A stretch of 64,000 nucleotides of DNA from an uncultured Clostridia bacterium (GCA_947581925.1 CANPWB010000002.1:64363-128362), one strand, 5' to 3'; positions 19,318 through 27,612 are shown, counted from the stretch's first letter. The notes: generated by a model not told the origin, from the sequence alone. Numbers and translations are program-made.

Positions 19318-19566
19318 ATGGTCAAACTCAGACTCACAAGAATGGGCGCAAAGAAATCTCCCTTCTATCGCATCGTGGCGATCGATTCCCGCAAGGCAAG
19401 AGACGGCGAATACATCGATCAGATCGGCTACTACGATCCCATCTCCGATCCCAAGAAGATCGTCATCGACGGCGACAAGGCGAAGGAATGGATCGCAAAG
19501 GGCGCGCAACCCACGGATACCGTTCTCGGACTGCTCATCTCTCAAGGCATAATCGAGAAGAAATAA
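19318..19566 (+). CDS. rpsP: 30S ribosomal protein S16
   Basis: [21 protein letters not shown]. Confidence 0.95.
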   Translation: MVKLRLTRMGAKKSPFYRIVAIDSRKARDGEYIDQIGYYDPISDPKKIVIDGDKAKEWIAKGAQPTDTVLGLLISQGIIEKK

Positions 19567-19578
19567 GGTGGACAAAAA

Positions 19579-19818
19579 ATGATAGAGCTTGTTGAATATC
19601 TCGTATCCTCCCTCGTGCCCGAAGGCGATTATACCGTGGAGCAGAGGGATGGCGACGGCGCTGCGGAGATTGTCATTACGATATCCAAAAACGATATCGG
19701 CAAGGTCATCGGCAAGCAGGGAAGGATCGCGCGCGCCATCCGCACTCTCGTCAAGGCGGCAAGCGGAAAGGGCAGCGTCAAGTACAGCGTCGTCATTGAG
19801 GAAAAGAATGAGATCTGA
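19579..19818 (+). CDS. khpA: KH-domain RNA-binding protein (YlqC/KhpA family)
   Basis: 79 aa with the GxxG loop GKQGRIARAIRTL. It sits in the conserved position between rpsP and rimM. Confidence 0.8.
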   Translation: MIELVEYLVSSLVPEGDYTVEQRDGDGAAEIVITISKNDIGKVIGKQGRIARAIRTLVKAASGKGSVKYSVVIEEKNEI

Positions 19819-20314
19819 ACTGCTTATAGGCAGGATATTGCGCCCGAGAGGACTTGGCGGCGAGCTTAAAGCAGAGGTCTATTCGTCCGATCCGCATTGG
19901 CTTTCGGGCTATGCGGGGAGCGTCATCATAGACGGCAAGGCGTACCGAGTGCGGAAATTTTCGCACGAGGGCGCTTTCGGCTATATGCAGCTTGACGGCG
20001 TGACGACTGTGGACGCGGCGGAGGCACTCCGCGACAAGGACGTTTATGCGCTCCGCGACGAGTTGCCCAAAAACAAAGACGGCGAATATTACATCGTCGA
20101 CATTTTGGGACTTGACGTGATCGTGGGCGGCGACGACATAGGCACCGTCGTTGACGTGGCGCAGTACGGCTCCGCGGACGTCTACACCGTAAAGACGAAG
20201 GACGGACAACTGAGTTTTCCCGCGCTCAAGGCGCTCATCAAAAACATAGACCTCGAGGCGGGCAAAATGACACTCGACGCGACTATATTCGAGAGAGTGG
20301 TCGTGCGCGGCTAG
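19808..20314 (+). CDS. rimM: 16S rRNA processing protein RimM
   Basis: Internal ATG at 19808 (MRSELLIGRILRPRGLGGELKAEV) overlaps the KH gene by 11 nt. The ORF-track start at 19589 is an out-of-frame read-through of the KH gene region. Confidence 0.9.
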   Translation: MRSELLIGRILRPRGLGGELKAEVYSSDPHWLSGYAGSVIIDGKAYRVRKFSHEGAFGYMQLDGVTTVDAAEALRDKDVYALRDELPKNKDGEYYIVDILGLDVIVGGDDIGTVVDVAQYGSADVYTVKTKDGQLSFPALKALIKNIDLEAGKMTLDATIFERVVVRG

Positions 20315-20371
20315 CTCAAAAATATGCCTTTAGATATCTGAAATCAAGGACGTTTTGGCAGAATTATCGCT

Positions 20372-21091
20372 ATGAGATTCGATGTTTTGACGGTATTCAC
20401 TGGGTACTTTTCCGTACTCAACGAAAGCCTGCTCGGCAAAGCCATTGAGAGCGGGCGTTTTTCCGTAAATACAGTTGACATCCGAGACTTTTCAAAAGAT
20501 AAGCACCGCCGCACGGACGATATGCCTTATGGGGGCGGCGCGGGCATGGTCATGACTCCCGAGCCCATTATGGACGCGATAGACGCCGTGGATCCGCTGC
20601 ACGAGGCGCACAGGATATACCTCTCGCCAAAGGGCAAGGTGTTGTGCCAGCAAAAGGTGGAGGCTCTGGCAAAAAAGGAGAGGATACTCCTTCTTTGCGG
20701 CGACTATGAGGGCGTGGATCAGCGCGTTATCGACCTCGCCATAGACGAGGAAATATCCATAGGCGACTATGTGCTCACGGGCGGAGAACTTCCCGCGCTT
20801 GTGCTCATAAATTGCGTCGCGCGCTATCTCGACGGAGTGCTCGGCTCTAGCGAATCCACACTCGAGGAGAGCTTTTCAAACGGCTTGCTCGAATATCCGC
20901 ATTACACCCGTCCGGAAGTATTTTGCGGCATGTCCGTCCCCAAAGTTTTGCTGGGCGGCAATCATCGCGACATAGCGGAGTGGCGGCTTAAAAAGTCGCT
21001 CGAAGTCACTCAAGTGCGCCGTCCCGACCTGCTTGAGAACGTCGATCTTAGCTTATATCTGCCAAAGAAAAGACGCAAGCACAGGACATGA
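20372..21091 (+). CDS. trmD: tRNA (guanine37-N1)-methyltransferase
   Basis: TrmD motifs DDMPYGGGAGMVM and LLCGDYEGVDQRV are present. Confidence 0.95.
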   Translation: MRFDVLTVFTGYFSVLNESLLGKAIESGRFSVNTVDIRDFSKDKHRRTDDMPYGGGAGMVMTPEPIMDAIDAVDPLHEAHRIYLSPKGKVLCQQKVEALAKKERILLLCGDYEGVDQRVIDLAIDEEISIGDYVLTGGELPALVLINCVARYLDGVLGSSESTLEESFSNGLLEYPHYTRPEVFCGMSVPKVLLGGNHRDIAEWRLKKSLEVTQVRRPDLLENVDLSLYLPKKRRKHRT

Positions 21092-21247
21092 TATACCGCA
21101 TACATACGCGGGCATTAGTTTAGTCGCGGGCAATATAGAATACGCAGTCGCATGTTCTCGCGGATAATTGCATTTGCCGAGGCTAAGCCCGCGCAGGTGG
21201 CTTAGCTCGCGCGAGAATATAGCCAAAAGGAAATTATCGGAGTTTTT

Positions 21248-22084
21248 ATGCTGATACAGTGGTTCCCGGGACATATGACAAAGGCGATACGCCTTATGGA
21301 AGCCAACCTCCGTCTTGTGGACGCGCTCATCTACGTAATTGACGCGCGCGCCGTTGCGTCATGCATAAATCCCGTATTCGACAGGTTGCTTGCGGGCAAG
21401 AGAGTGCTCTATGTTTTCAACAAGTGCGACCTTGTGGAGGCGGAGGATATCGCGGGTTGGTGCGACCGTTTCATGCGCGAGGGCAAGACGTATGTCAAAG
21501 CCGTTGGCACAAGCGGAGATTGCTCGCAGATAGCGGCGGGACTCAGGCAGCTCATGGCGGATAAGATTGAAAAATTCTCCCAAAAAGGCGCGAACATAAG
21601 CGTACGCGCCATGGTGGTAGGAGTCCCGAACAGCGGCAAATCCACGATAATCAACGCAATGCTCAAGAGGGCAAAGGCGGTGACGGGTGACCGTCCCGGG
21701 GTGACGAGAGGCACGCAGTGGCTGTCCGTGGACGGCATAGACTTTTTGGATACGCCGGGCACGCTGTGGAGCAAGTTCGAGGATCAGAAAGTTGCGCATC
21801 ATCTCGCCTACATCGGCTCCATAAAGGACGACGTCCTCGACTGCGAACAGCTGGCGTTCGACTTTATCGACGAGGTGAAATACCTCTATCCCGACTGTTT
21901 CAAACTTAGATACGGCATAAGCGAGAGCGAAAATACGCTCGAAATATTTGACGCTATCGCCGCGGCGCGCGGTTACAGGCTGAAGGGCGGCGACCCCGAC
22001 TACGACAGGACGGCGAGAATGATAATAGACGAGTTCCGCAAGGGAAAGCTTGGCAAAATCTGCCTCGAGAAGGCTCAAAATTGA
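21248..22084 (+). CDS. rbgA: ribosome biogenesis GTPase A (YlqF)
   Basis: IQWFPGHM start. The GTPase is circularly permuted, with NKCDL (G4) before GVPNSGKST (G1) and DTPG (G3). Confidence 0.9.
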   Translation: MLIQWFPGHMTKAIRLMEANLRLVDALIYVIDARAVASCINPVFDRLLAGKRVLYVFNKCDLVEAEDIAGWCDRFMREGKTYVKAVGTSGDCSQIAAGLRQLMADKIEKFSQKGANISVRAMVVGVPNSGKSTIINAMLKRAKAVTGDRPGVTRGTQWLSVDGIDFLDTPGTLWSKFEDQKVAHHLAYIGSIKDDVLDCEQLAFDFIDEVKYLYPDCFKLRYGISESENTLEIFDAIAAARGYRLKGGDPDYDRTARMIIDEFRKGKLGKICLEKAQN

Positions 22085-22152
22085 AGAAATATCCGCATTT
22101 TCGGGCTACACGCCGCGTAAAGTGCGGAAATTTATTGTAAAGGGGAAAAGTT

Positions 22153-22764
22153 ATGGTACACGCAAGCGAGCTTATGTATTATGAAAACGAGCTTAGGTCT
22201 CGCGGATATCGGTATATCTGCGGCGTAGACGAAGTGGGCAGGGGACCGCTTGCGGGACCCGTGACGTGTTGCGCCGTAATCATGGACTTGGACAATCTCA
22301 TCGAGGGAGTGAACGACTCCAAAAAGGTGTCCAAAAGCAAGCGAGAAAAGCTTTTTTGGCAGATAAAAGAGAGAGCTGTAGCGTGTTCGATATGCTCTTA
22401 CGACCACGAGAAGATAGACGATATGAACATCCTCGAGGCGACAAAGGCGTGTATGAAGGACGCCGTAATGTCGCTTGACGTAAAACCCGATATCGTCATA
22501 GTGGACGCGCTCAAATTGGATATCCCATTTAAGACGTTCGGCATAGTGCACGGCGACGCGCTGAGCTATTCCATAGCGTCCGCGTCAATTCTCGCAAAAG
22601 TGACGAGGGACGCATTTATGGCGGACATGGCAAAACTCTATCCCGCCTATGATTTCGAGCACAATATGGGCTACGGCACGGCAAAGCACATCGCCGCGCT
22701 CAAGGAAGTCGGAGCGTGTCCCATCCACAGGCAGAGCTTTATTAAGGGGATATTGGCACAATGA
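22153..22764 (+). CDS. rnhB: ribonuclease HII
   Basis: GVDEVGRGPLAGPV and DSKKVS motifs are present. Confidence 0.9.
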   Translation: MVHASELMYYENELRSRGYRYICGVDEVGRGPLAGPVTCCAVIMDLDNLIEGVNDSKKVSKSKREKLFWQIKERAVACSICSYDHEKIDDMNILEATKACMKDAVMSLDVKPDIVIVDALKLDIPFKTFGIVHGDALSYSIASASILAKVTRDAFMADMAKLYPAYDFEHNMGYGTAKHIAALKEVGACPIHRQSFIKGILAQ

Positions 22765-23216
22765 ACACAAAAGCGTCCGGCAATATTGGAGAACAGCTCG
22801 CGGCGGAGTATCTCGAAAAGCAGGGCTACAGGATATTGGAGCGCAACGCGGTATACGGCGGGTGCGAGGCGGATATAATCTGCGAGGCGTATGTCGATGA
22901 GAAAGGATGTCCCATACAGCAGAGAAAAGTTGGGCGCATAATGGGGCATATTTTCAAAAAGACGCCCAAAGGAGTGCGTACGCTCGTATTTTGCGAGGTC
23001 AAGGCGAGGGAGAGCGACGCGTACGGCAGCGGCGCGGAAGCGGTCACTCCCTACAAGGCGGGCAGATATGTTAAGGCGGCAAAGAGCTATCAATCGGCGC
23101 ACGGCTCAGTGGGGTGCCCGACCCGATTTGACATAATCGAGATATCCTCGGACGAAGTCCACCATATCATCGACGCCTTTAATGAAAACGACGCAATATA
23201 TCCCCGTGGCAGGTGA
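22761..23216 (+). CDS. yraN: YraN-family (UPF0102) endonuclease-like protein with an internal insertion
   Basis: GEQLAAEYLEKQGYRILERN .. EADIIC .. LVFCEVKAR core. About 28 extra residues lie between the D-I-I and VEVK segments. The start overlaps the rnhB stop. Confidence 0.75.
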   Translation: MNTKASGNIGEQLAAEYLEKQGYRILERNAVYGGCEADIICEAYVDEKGCPIQQRKVGRIMGHIFKKTPKGVRTLVFCEVKARESDAYGSGAEAVTPYKAGRYVKAAKSYQSAHGSVGCPTRFDIIEISSDEVHHIIDAFNENDAIYPRGR

Positions 23217-23232
23217 CATTAAGGAGTCAGAT

Positions 23233-23865
23233 ATGAAAAGAAAGATTTTTATCATTACTGCAGTTGTATTTGTAATTACGCTTGTGCTTTTTACATGTGC
23301 GGCTTGTGGAAAAAACGAAACTCCGCGAGAAGAAGTTACAAAAGTCGGTGAGGAGCTTGTCCAAAACGGGAAATTTACATCCTTCAACGCGACGACCAAA
23401 CAGTTTGAAGGTTGGACTTCATACTCATCCAAGACGAGCGGTTTTGCTTTTGGCGTATCGTATCCGTCGGACATTACGGATAGCAATGTGAGGCTGTACA
23501 TTGACAACAGCTCCGCAATGTACAGCAATATGCAACAGAGGATCCACGTTGACACAAACAAGATATACAAAGTCAGCGTAGACATCTGGGTCACGACGCA
23601 AGACGGGCTCAGCGGCGATTACGGCGCGTATGTGGCGTTCCTCGAAAACACGGAGTACAAGTTTGCCTATACAAAACAGCACACGGACGGTATGGTCACA
23701 AAGACATTCTATGTGCGCCCGAGAAATACTGACTATCTCACGCTTGCGCTGTGCCTCGGCACTCAAGAGCAAGGGGTAGCGGGACACGTGCTCTTTGACA
23801 ACGTATCCATGAGGCGCATGAACGATAATCAAGTTCCCGATAGTGTTACGGTGTACGAGATATAG
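23233..23865 (+). CDS. secreted lipoprotein with CBM4_9/CenC-like jelly-roll domain (short paralog)
   Basis: ATG at 23233 follows AAGGAG (23221-23226). The signal peptide ends in a lipobox-like FTCAACG. The mature part begins EELVQNGKF..W, as in CenC-type carbohydrate-binding modules. The 3' ~305 nt are about 97% identical to 24685-24989. Confidence 0.6.
   Translation: MKRKIFIITAVVFVITLVLFTCAACGKNETPREEVTKVGEELVQNGKFTSFNATTKQFEGWTSYSSKTSGFAFGVSYPSDITDSNVRLYIDNSSAMYSNMQQRIHVDTNKIYKVSVDIWVTTQDGLSGDYGAYVAFLENTEYKFAYTKQHTDGMVTKTFYVRPRNTDYLTLALCLGTQEQGVAGHVLFDNVSMRRMNDNQVPDSVTVYEI
23345..23807 (+). repeat. direct repeat copy A (paralogous CBM-like domain)
   Basis: Aligns colinearly with 24533-24989. 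The core 23503-23807 shows about 8 mismatches in 305 nt by manual count. Confidence 0.9.
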
Positions 23866-23970
23866 TTTCGCCACACGAAAACAAACGAGCGTATAAAAGC
23901 GCCATCAATAAAAAATGCAAAAATTCATGGCAAAATGAGGGTAAAATCGGGATTTTATATGTCATTTTGC

Positions 23971-23999
23971 TTGTCTAAGTAAAAAATATATGTTATATT
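23971..23999 (+). promoter_or_regulatory. sigma-A-type promoter (extended -10) for rplS
   Basis: TTGTCT (23971-23976), a 17-nt spacer ending in TGt, then TATATT (23994-23999). This leaves a ~75-nt leader before the rplS ATG. Confidence 0.5.
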
Positions 24000-24074
24000 A
24001 TTACGCGTGACTCGGGTGTTCCGCTGGCAGAGAGGCTGTTAAGAACATTTCGCAATATAGGAGGTTAAGTCATT

Positions 24075-24413
24075 ATGAACATCATCGACACCATCGAGAA
24101 AGAAGGCATGAGAACAGATCTGCCCGTCATCGCAATTGGCGACCAAGTCAAGGTCAACGTCAAAGTCATCGAAGGCACGAGAGAGCGTGTGCAGACCTAT
24201 GAAGGCGTCGTCATCGCAAAGAAAAACGGCGGCATCCGTGAGACTATAGTCGTCCGCCGCGTTACATTCGGCGTAGGCGTAGAGAGGACATTCCCGCTAC
24301 ATTCGCCCAAGATTGAGAGCATACAGGTCGTGCGCCACGGCAAAGTCAGACGCGCAAAACTGTATTATCTCAAGAACAGGACAGGCAAAGCGGCAAAGCT
24401 TAAGGAAAACTGA
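24075..24413 (+). CDS. rplS: 50S ribosomal protein L19
   Basis: [39 protein letters not shown] and [20 protein letters not shown] are present. Confidence 0.95.
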   Translation: MNIIDTIEKEGMRTDLPVIAIGDQVKVNVKVIEGTRERVQTYEGVVIAKKNGGIRETIVVRRVTFGVGVERTFPLHSPKIESIQVVRHGKVRRAKLYYLKNRTGKAAKLKEN

Positions 24414-24438
24414 CAACAGGTTTTCAAAGGAAGCAACG

Positions 24439-26595
24439 ATGAAAAAGAAAGTAGTTATCATACTTGCGACAGTGCTGGTTGTTATGCTGGCACTTTTCGC
24501 ATTTACAGCGTGCAACAATGCGAGCAGCGATGTCGGGGAGGAGCTTGTCCAAAACGGCTCCTTTGCAGCATTCAACGGTACTAATAAACAGTTTGACAGT
24601 TGGACTTCATACTCATCCAAGACGAGCGGTTTTGATTTTGGCAAATCCACGTCATCAGACGACAGCGAGTCGAGACTCTATATCGACAACAGCTCCGCAA
24701 TGTACAGCAATATGCAACAGAGGATTCACGTTGACACAAACAAGATATACAAAGTCAGCGTAGACATCTGGGTCACGACGCAAGACGGGCTCAGCGGCGA
24801 TTACGGCGCGTATGTGGCGTTCCTCGAAAATACGGAGTACAAGTTTGCCTATACGAAACAGCACACGGACGGTATGGTCACAAAGACATTCTATGTGCGC
24901 CCGAGAAATACTGACTACCTCACGCTTGCGCTGTGCCTCGGCACTGAAGAGCAGGGGGTAGCAGGTCACGTGCTCTTTGACAACGTATCTGTACAGAGAG
25001 TGGAGAAGGCGGATGTCCCCGGCGACGCGTCGATAATCAACTTCCGCAAAGCGGTCACGCTTGCAAACGATACGACTGTTTCCGGCATACTCTTCGTGGT
25101 TTTCCTTACGCTGTTCACAGTCGCGCTATTCGTTTGCGTATACGTTTTGCTCAGAAGGCTGTACGCAAGCCCCAAGGCATTCGTCAACTTCGGCGACAAC
25201 GGCACTTCGGAAGGCGGCAAACTGCTTGCTCCTCCGCAAGACGGCAAGTGGTATCATAATGCCGCATTTATCGCGGCAATGCTCATGCTCGGGACATTCC
25301 TTGTGAGGATCATCTTCCTGCTTACGATGAATGGCACAGGCGTCGAAACCACAATGGCAAAATTGGTCGAGACGACGCGCTTGCTCGGCCTAAAGAACGG
25401 CATATCGAATTATCTTGTAAACAACTCGGGCAGCACTATGTCGCCGGGCGCGCTCTACATCCTCGCCGTGATAGGCGCGATGGGCGCAAAATTGCCGATA
25501 CAGTCCGTGTCAATACTCATCAGATTTGTCAATGTGCTTGCGGATATGGCTATCGTCGCAATGATATATTTCTACGGCAAAAAGCGCGTAGGCAACAGAC
25601 TCGGCACGATATACGCCGCGGTGTATGCGCTCACTCCCTTCGTATTTGTCATGAGCGGTCTTGTAGGCAGCTTTGAGAGCGTGCTCATAGCGCTTATGCT
25701 TGCGACTGTCATACTCATGGTCAACAAGCAATATCTTGCGACTTACTTCATGGCGACGCTCGCGTCCGTGTTCGATCTCCGCGCAATGGCGATAGTGCCC
25801 ATCATCGTCGCGTACTTCGTGTATATGTACTTGAAGGACGACGCAGACCTCAAAAAATTCACGTCTAAACGCGCGCAGATAGTATTCGGGCTTGTCGCAT
25901 GTTTCGTGCTCGGATATATACTCACGCTGCCTCTCGCGATAGACAGGATAGCGGCCGGCGACGCTTTCTATGGCTTTAAGGTCATAGTCGGAGAGATGAC
26001 AAACAACTCGAAATTCGTCATGAACGCATTCAACCTCTACGGCATGGTCGCGATGAACGGCAGAAACGTTACAAAAGGCGTGGCGATACTCAACCTCATC
26101 TTCATCATTGTGCTTGAGGCGTATGCGATATCGCTGTACTTCAAAAACCGCAACAGGCAAGAGCTTGTGCTACTCGTATCCTTCGTGCTCGCGGTGATAG
26201 CGGTGTTTACGGTCAAGGTGAATTACACCTATCTGCTGCTATCGCTCGCGTTCGCATTCATCTACACGATGATAAGCGGCGACAAGAGGATGTACATCAT
26301 CACGGGCGGATACAGTGTGCTCGGCTTTTTGCAGCTCGGACAGTTGCTCAACCAGAGCGGTATGATAGCGGCAAATCCCACGACCGCGCTCACCAACTAC
26401 GAGACGACAAGCCCGTTCTTCATAATCTTCTGCGTATTTGCGGTGTTGCTTACGGGCTACTATGTGTACGTAGTGTATTCTATTACAAACAACTCTAAGA
26501 TAGTAGACATCAAGGCTATGCCTGACAAATTCGGTAAGACTCTCAAGAATTTCTTCAAAGAGCTGAAATTGCGCTTTGGAAAGAGCGGCAATTGA
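24439..26595 (+). CDS. lipobox signal + CBM4_9-like ectodomain fused to a ~14-TM GT-C-like (Gpi18/PMT_2/DUF2029-like) membrane domain
   Basis: Internal ATG at 24439 (MKKKVVIILATVLVVMLALFAFTAC). Residues ~30-200 are paralogous to gene 23233-23865. They are followed by many hydrophobic helices and a loop (..GISNYLVNNSGSTMSPGALYILAVIG) resembling the first periplasmic loop of GT-C glycosyltransferases. The ORF-track start at 24313 overlaps rplS and is rejected. Confidence 0.55.
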   Translation: MKKKVVIILATVLVVMLALFAFTACNNASSDVGEELVQNGSFAAFNGTNKQFDSWTSYSSKTSGFDFGKSTSSDDSESRLYIDNSSAMYSNMQQRIHVDTNKIYKVSVDIWVTTQDGLSGDYGAYVAFLENTEYKFAYTKQHTDGMVTKTFYVRPRNTDYLTLALCLGTEEQGVAGHVLFDNVSVQRVEKADVPGDASIINFRKAVTLANDTTVSGILFVVFLTLFTVALFVCVYVLLRRLYASPKAFVNFGDNGTSEGGKLLAPPQDGKWYHNAAFIAAMLMLGTFLVRIIFLLTMNGTGVETTMAKLVETTRLLGLKNGISNYLVNNSGSTMSPGALYILAVIGAMGAKLPIQSVSILIRFVNVLADMAIVAMIYFYGKKRVGNRLGTIYAAVYALTPFVFVMSGLVGSFESVLIALMLATVILMVNKQYLATYFMATLASVFDLRAMAIVPIIVAYFVYMYLKDDADLKKFTSKRAQIVFGLVACFVLGYILTLPLAIDRIAAGDAFYGFKVIVGEMTNNSKFVMNAFNLYGMVAMNGRNVTKGVAILNLIFIIVLEAYAISLYFKNRNRQELVLLVSFVLAVIAVFTVKVNYTYLLLSLAFAFIYTMISGDKRMYIITGGYSVLGFLQLGQLLNQSGMIAANPTTALTNYETTSPFFIIFCVFAVLLTGYYVYVVYSITNNSKIVDIKAMPDKFGKTLKNFFKELKLRFGKSGN
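24533..24989 (+). repeat. direct repeat copy B (paralogous CBM-like domain)
   Basis: See copy A. The offset is 1188 nt, becoming 1182 nt after a 6-nt indel. Confidence 0.9.
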
Positions 26596-26633
26596 GTTTG
26601 TCAAGCGGAATAAAGAAACAACAAAAATGCAGC

Positions 26634-26672
26634 GGAGGGGGATTGACAATTGTCGGTCCCTCTTCATTTATT
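26634..26672 (+). terminator. putative terminator after the membrane-protein gene
   Basis: GAGGG-gattGACaattGTCggt-CCCTC followed by TTCATTTATT. Confidence 0.4.
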
Positions 26673-26884
26673 ACATACCTTATTGTCGAATACAAACGTT
26701 TTACTTTGACAAAATTGTATATATGTGCGAGAGCGCAAACGCATATCCATATTGTTCTTCGGCTCGAGGTATGGCCGACGAGGGATATGTAAAGCATTTG
26801 CGTCTGAGAAATAAGCGCAAAGCCGCGCTTACAATACGCATTTTGGCATAAAGACCGCCGAAATTCGGTTTCAATGTTAATTAT

Positions 26885-26912
26885 TGACATAAGGTAGCAT
26901 TTTGATATAATA
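26885..26912 (+). promoter_or_regulatory. near-consensus sigma-A promoter (extended -10)
   Basis: TTGACA (26885-26890), a 16-nt spacer ending in TGa, then TATAAT (26907-26912). A GGAGAGGAGG RBS precedes the ATG at 26945. Confidence 0.65.
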
Positions 26913-26944
26913 AAATCAGAAAAGTAGGAGAGGAGGATATCTGT

Positions 26945-27451
26945 ATGTATTTAAAGATCACACAGAAGTATTGGACCATAGGAGACAAGTTCGCGTTGAC
27001 GGACGAAAACGATTGCAATGTGTTTTTTGCTAAGGAACAGTTGTTCAAATTGCTCTCAAAATTTGATTTGTATGATTTAAACGGAGCGGTGCTCTATCAT
27101 ATGGAGGCAAAGTTAAAATTCTTTCTTAGTTACTTTGTGATAACAACCGGCGCGGGTCTCGAAATCGGATATATAAAGGAAAGGGTGCACTGGCCGGGTT
27201 TCCGCCGCGCGAGCATGAAGGTGGGGGATATCGACATCAAGATAAAGGGCGGCCCCATCCATATGAAAGCCATGAAAAAAGATGCGAACGGCAAGTGGGA
27301 CAAAAAACATCCCGTCGTGAAGTCTACAAAGAAGTTGTTCAGGATAAGGGATATCTATGCTGCGGAGATCGATGAGAATATGATAGACCCCGCGGTAGGC
27401 GCGCTTGTCGCGATTTGGTATGACAAGATCCGCTACGGACGCAAGCACTGA
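26945..27451 (+). CDS. YxjI / LURP-one-related (tubby C-terminal-like, DUF567) family protein
   Basis: MYLKITQKYWTIGDKFALTDENDCNVFFAKEQLFKLLSKFDLYD matches the N-terminal beta-strand pattern of the YxjI/LOR family as I remember it. 168 aa. The gene is AT-richer than the core genes. Confidence 0.55.
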   Translation: MYLKITQKYWTIGDKFALTDENDCNVFFAKEQLFKLLSKFDLYDLNGAVLYHMEAKLKFFLSYFVITTGAGLEIGYIKERVHWPGFRRASMKVGDIDIKIKGGPIHMKAMKKDANGKWDKKHPVVKSTKKLFRIRDIYAAEIDENMIDPAVGALVAIWYDKIRYGRKH

Positions 27452-27507
27452 AAGCGTTTAAAGCATAGTTGACGCAAAGCGCTTGACTACCGAATATTGT
27501 TACAAAC

Positions 27508-27537
27508 AAAAATCCACCCTAGGTCGGGTGGATTTTT
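27508..27537. terminator. bidirectional rho-independent terminator between convergent genes
   Basis: AAAAATCCACCC-taggtc-GGGTGGATTTTT. Confidence 0.8.
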
Positions 27538-27612
27538 CTAAATATTTACAAACCAAACTTGTCCGCCACATATGGAAACGGACGTTATTCAGCGAAGGTT
27601 ACATTCGCAAGC

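Noticed and set aside
21092-21247. Hairpins in the trmD-rbgA spacer (GCTAAGCC..GGCTTAGC) as a possible remnant of an excised rplS or a small RNA.
   Set aside because: There is only an 8-bp stem, with no promoter or terminator context and no residual rplS-like coding signal. The evidence is insufficient.
23345-24989. A possible diversity-generating retroelement (TR/VR pair), given two near-identical ~300-nt repeats in surface-protein genes.
   Set aside because: The ~8 mismatches are a mix of transitions and transversions and are not restricted to adenine positions. No reverse transcriptase or Avd-like gene lies anywhere in the window.
26555-26890. Small ORFs (66-111 aa, both strands) in the 350-nt spacer after the membrane-protein gene.
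   Set aside because: They have no RBS, an implausible composition (Cys/His/Ile-rich), and they overlap one another. The region is better described as non-coding.
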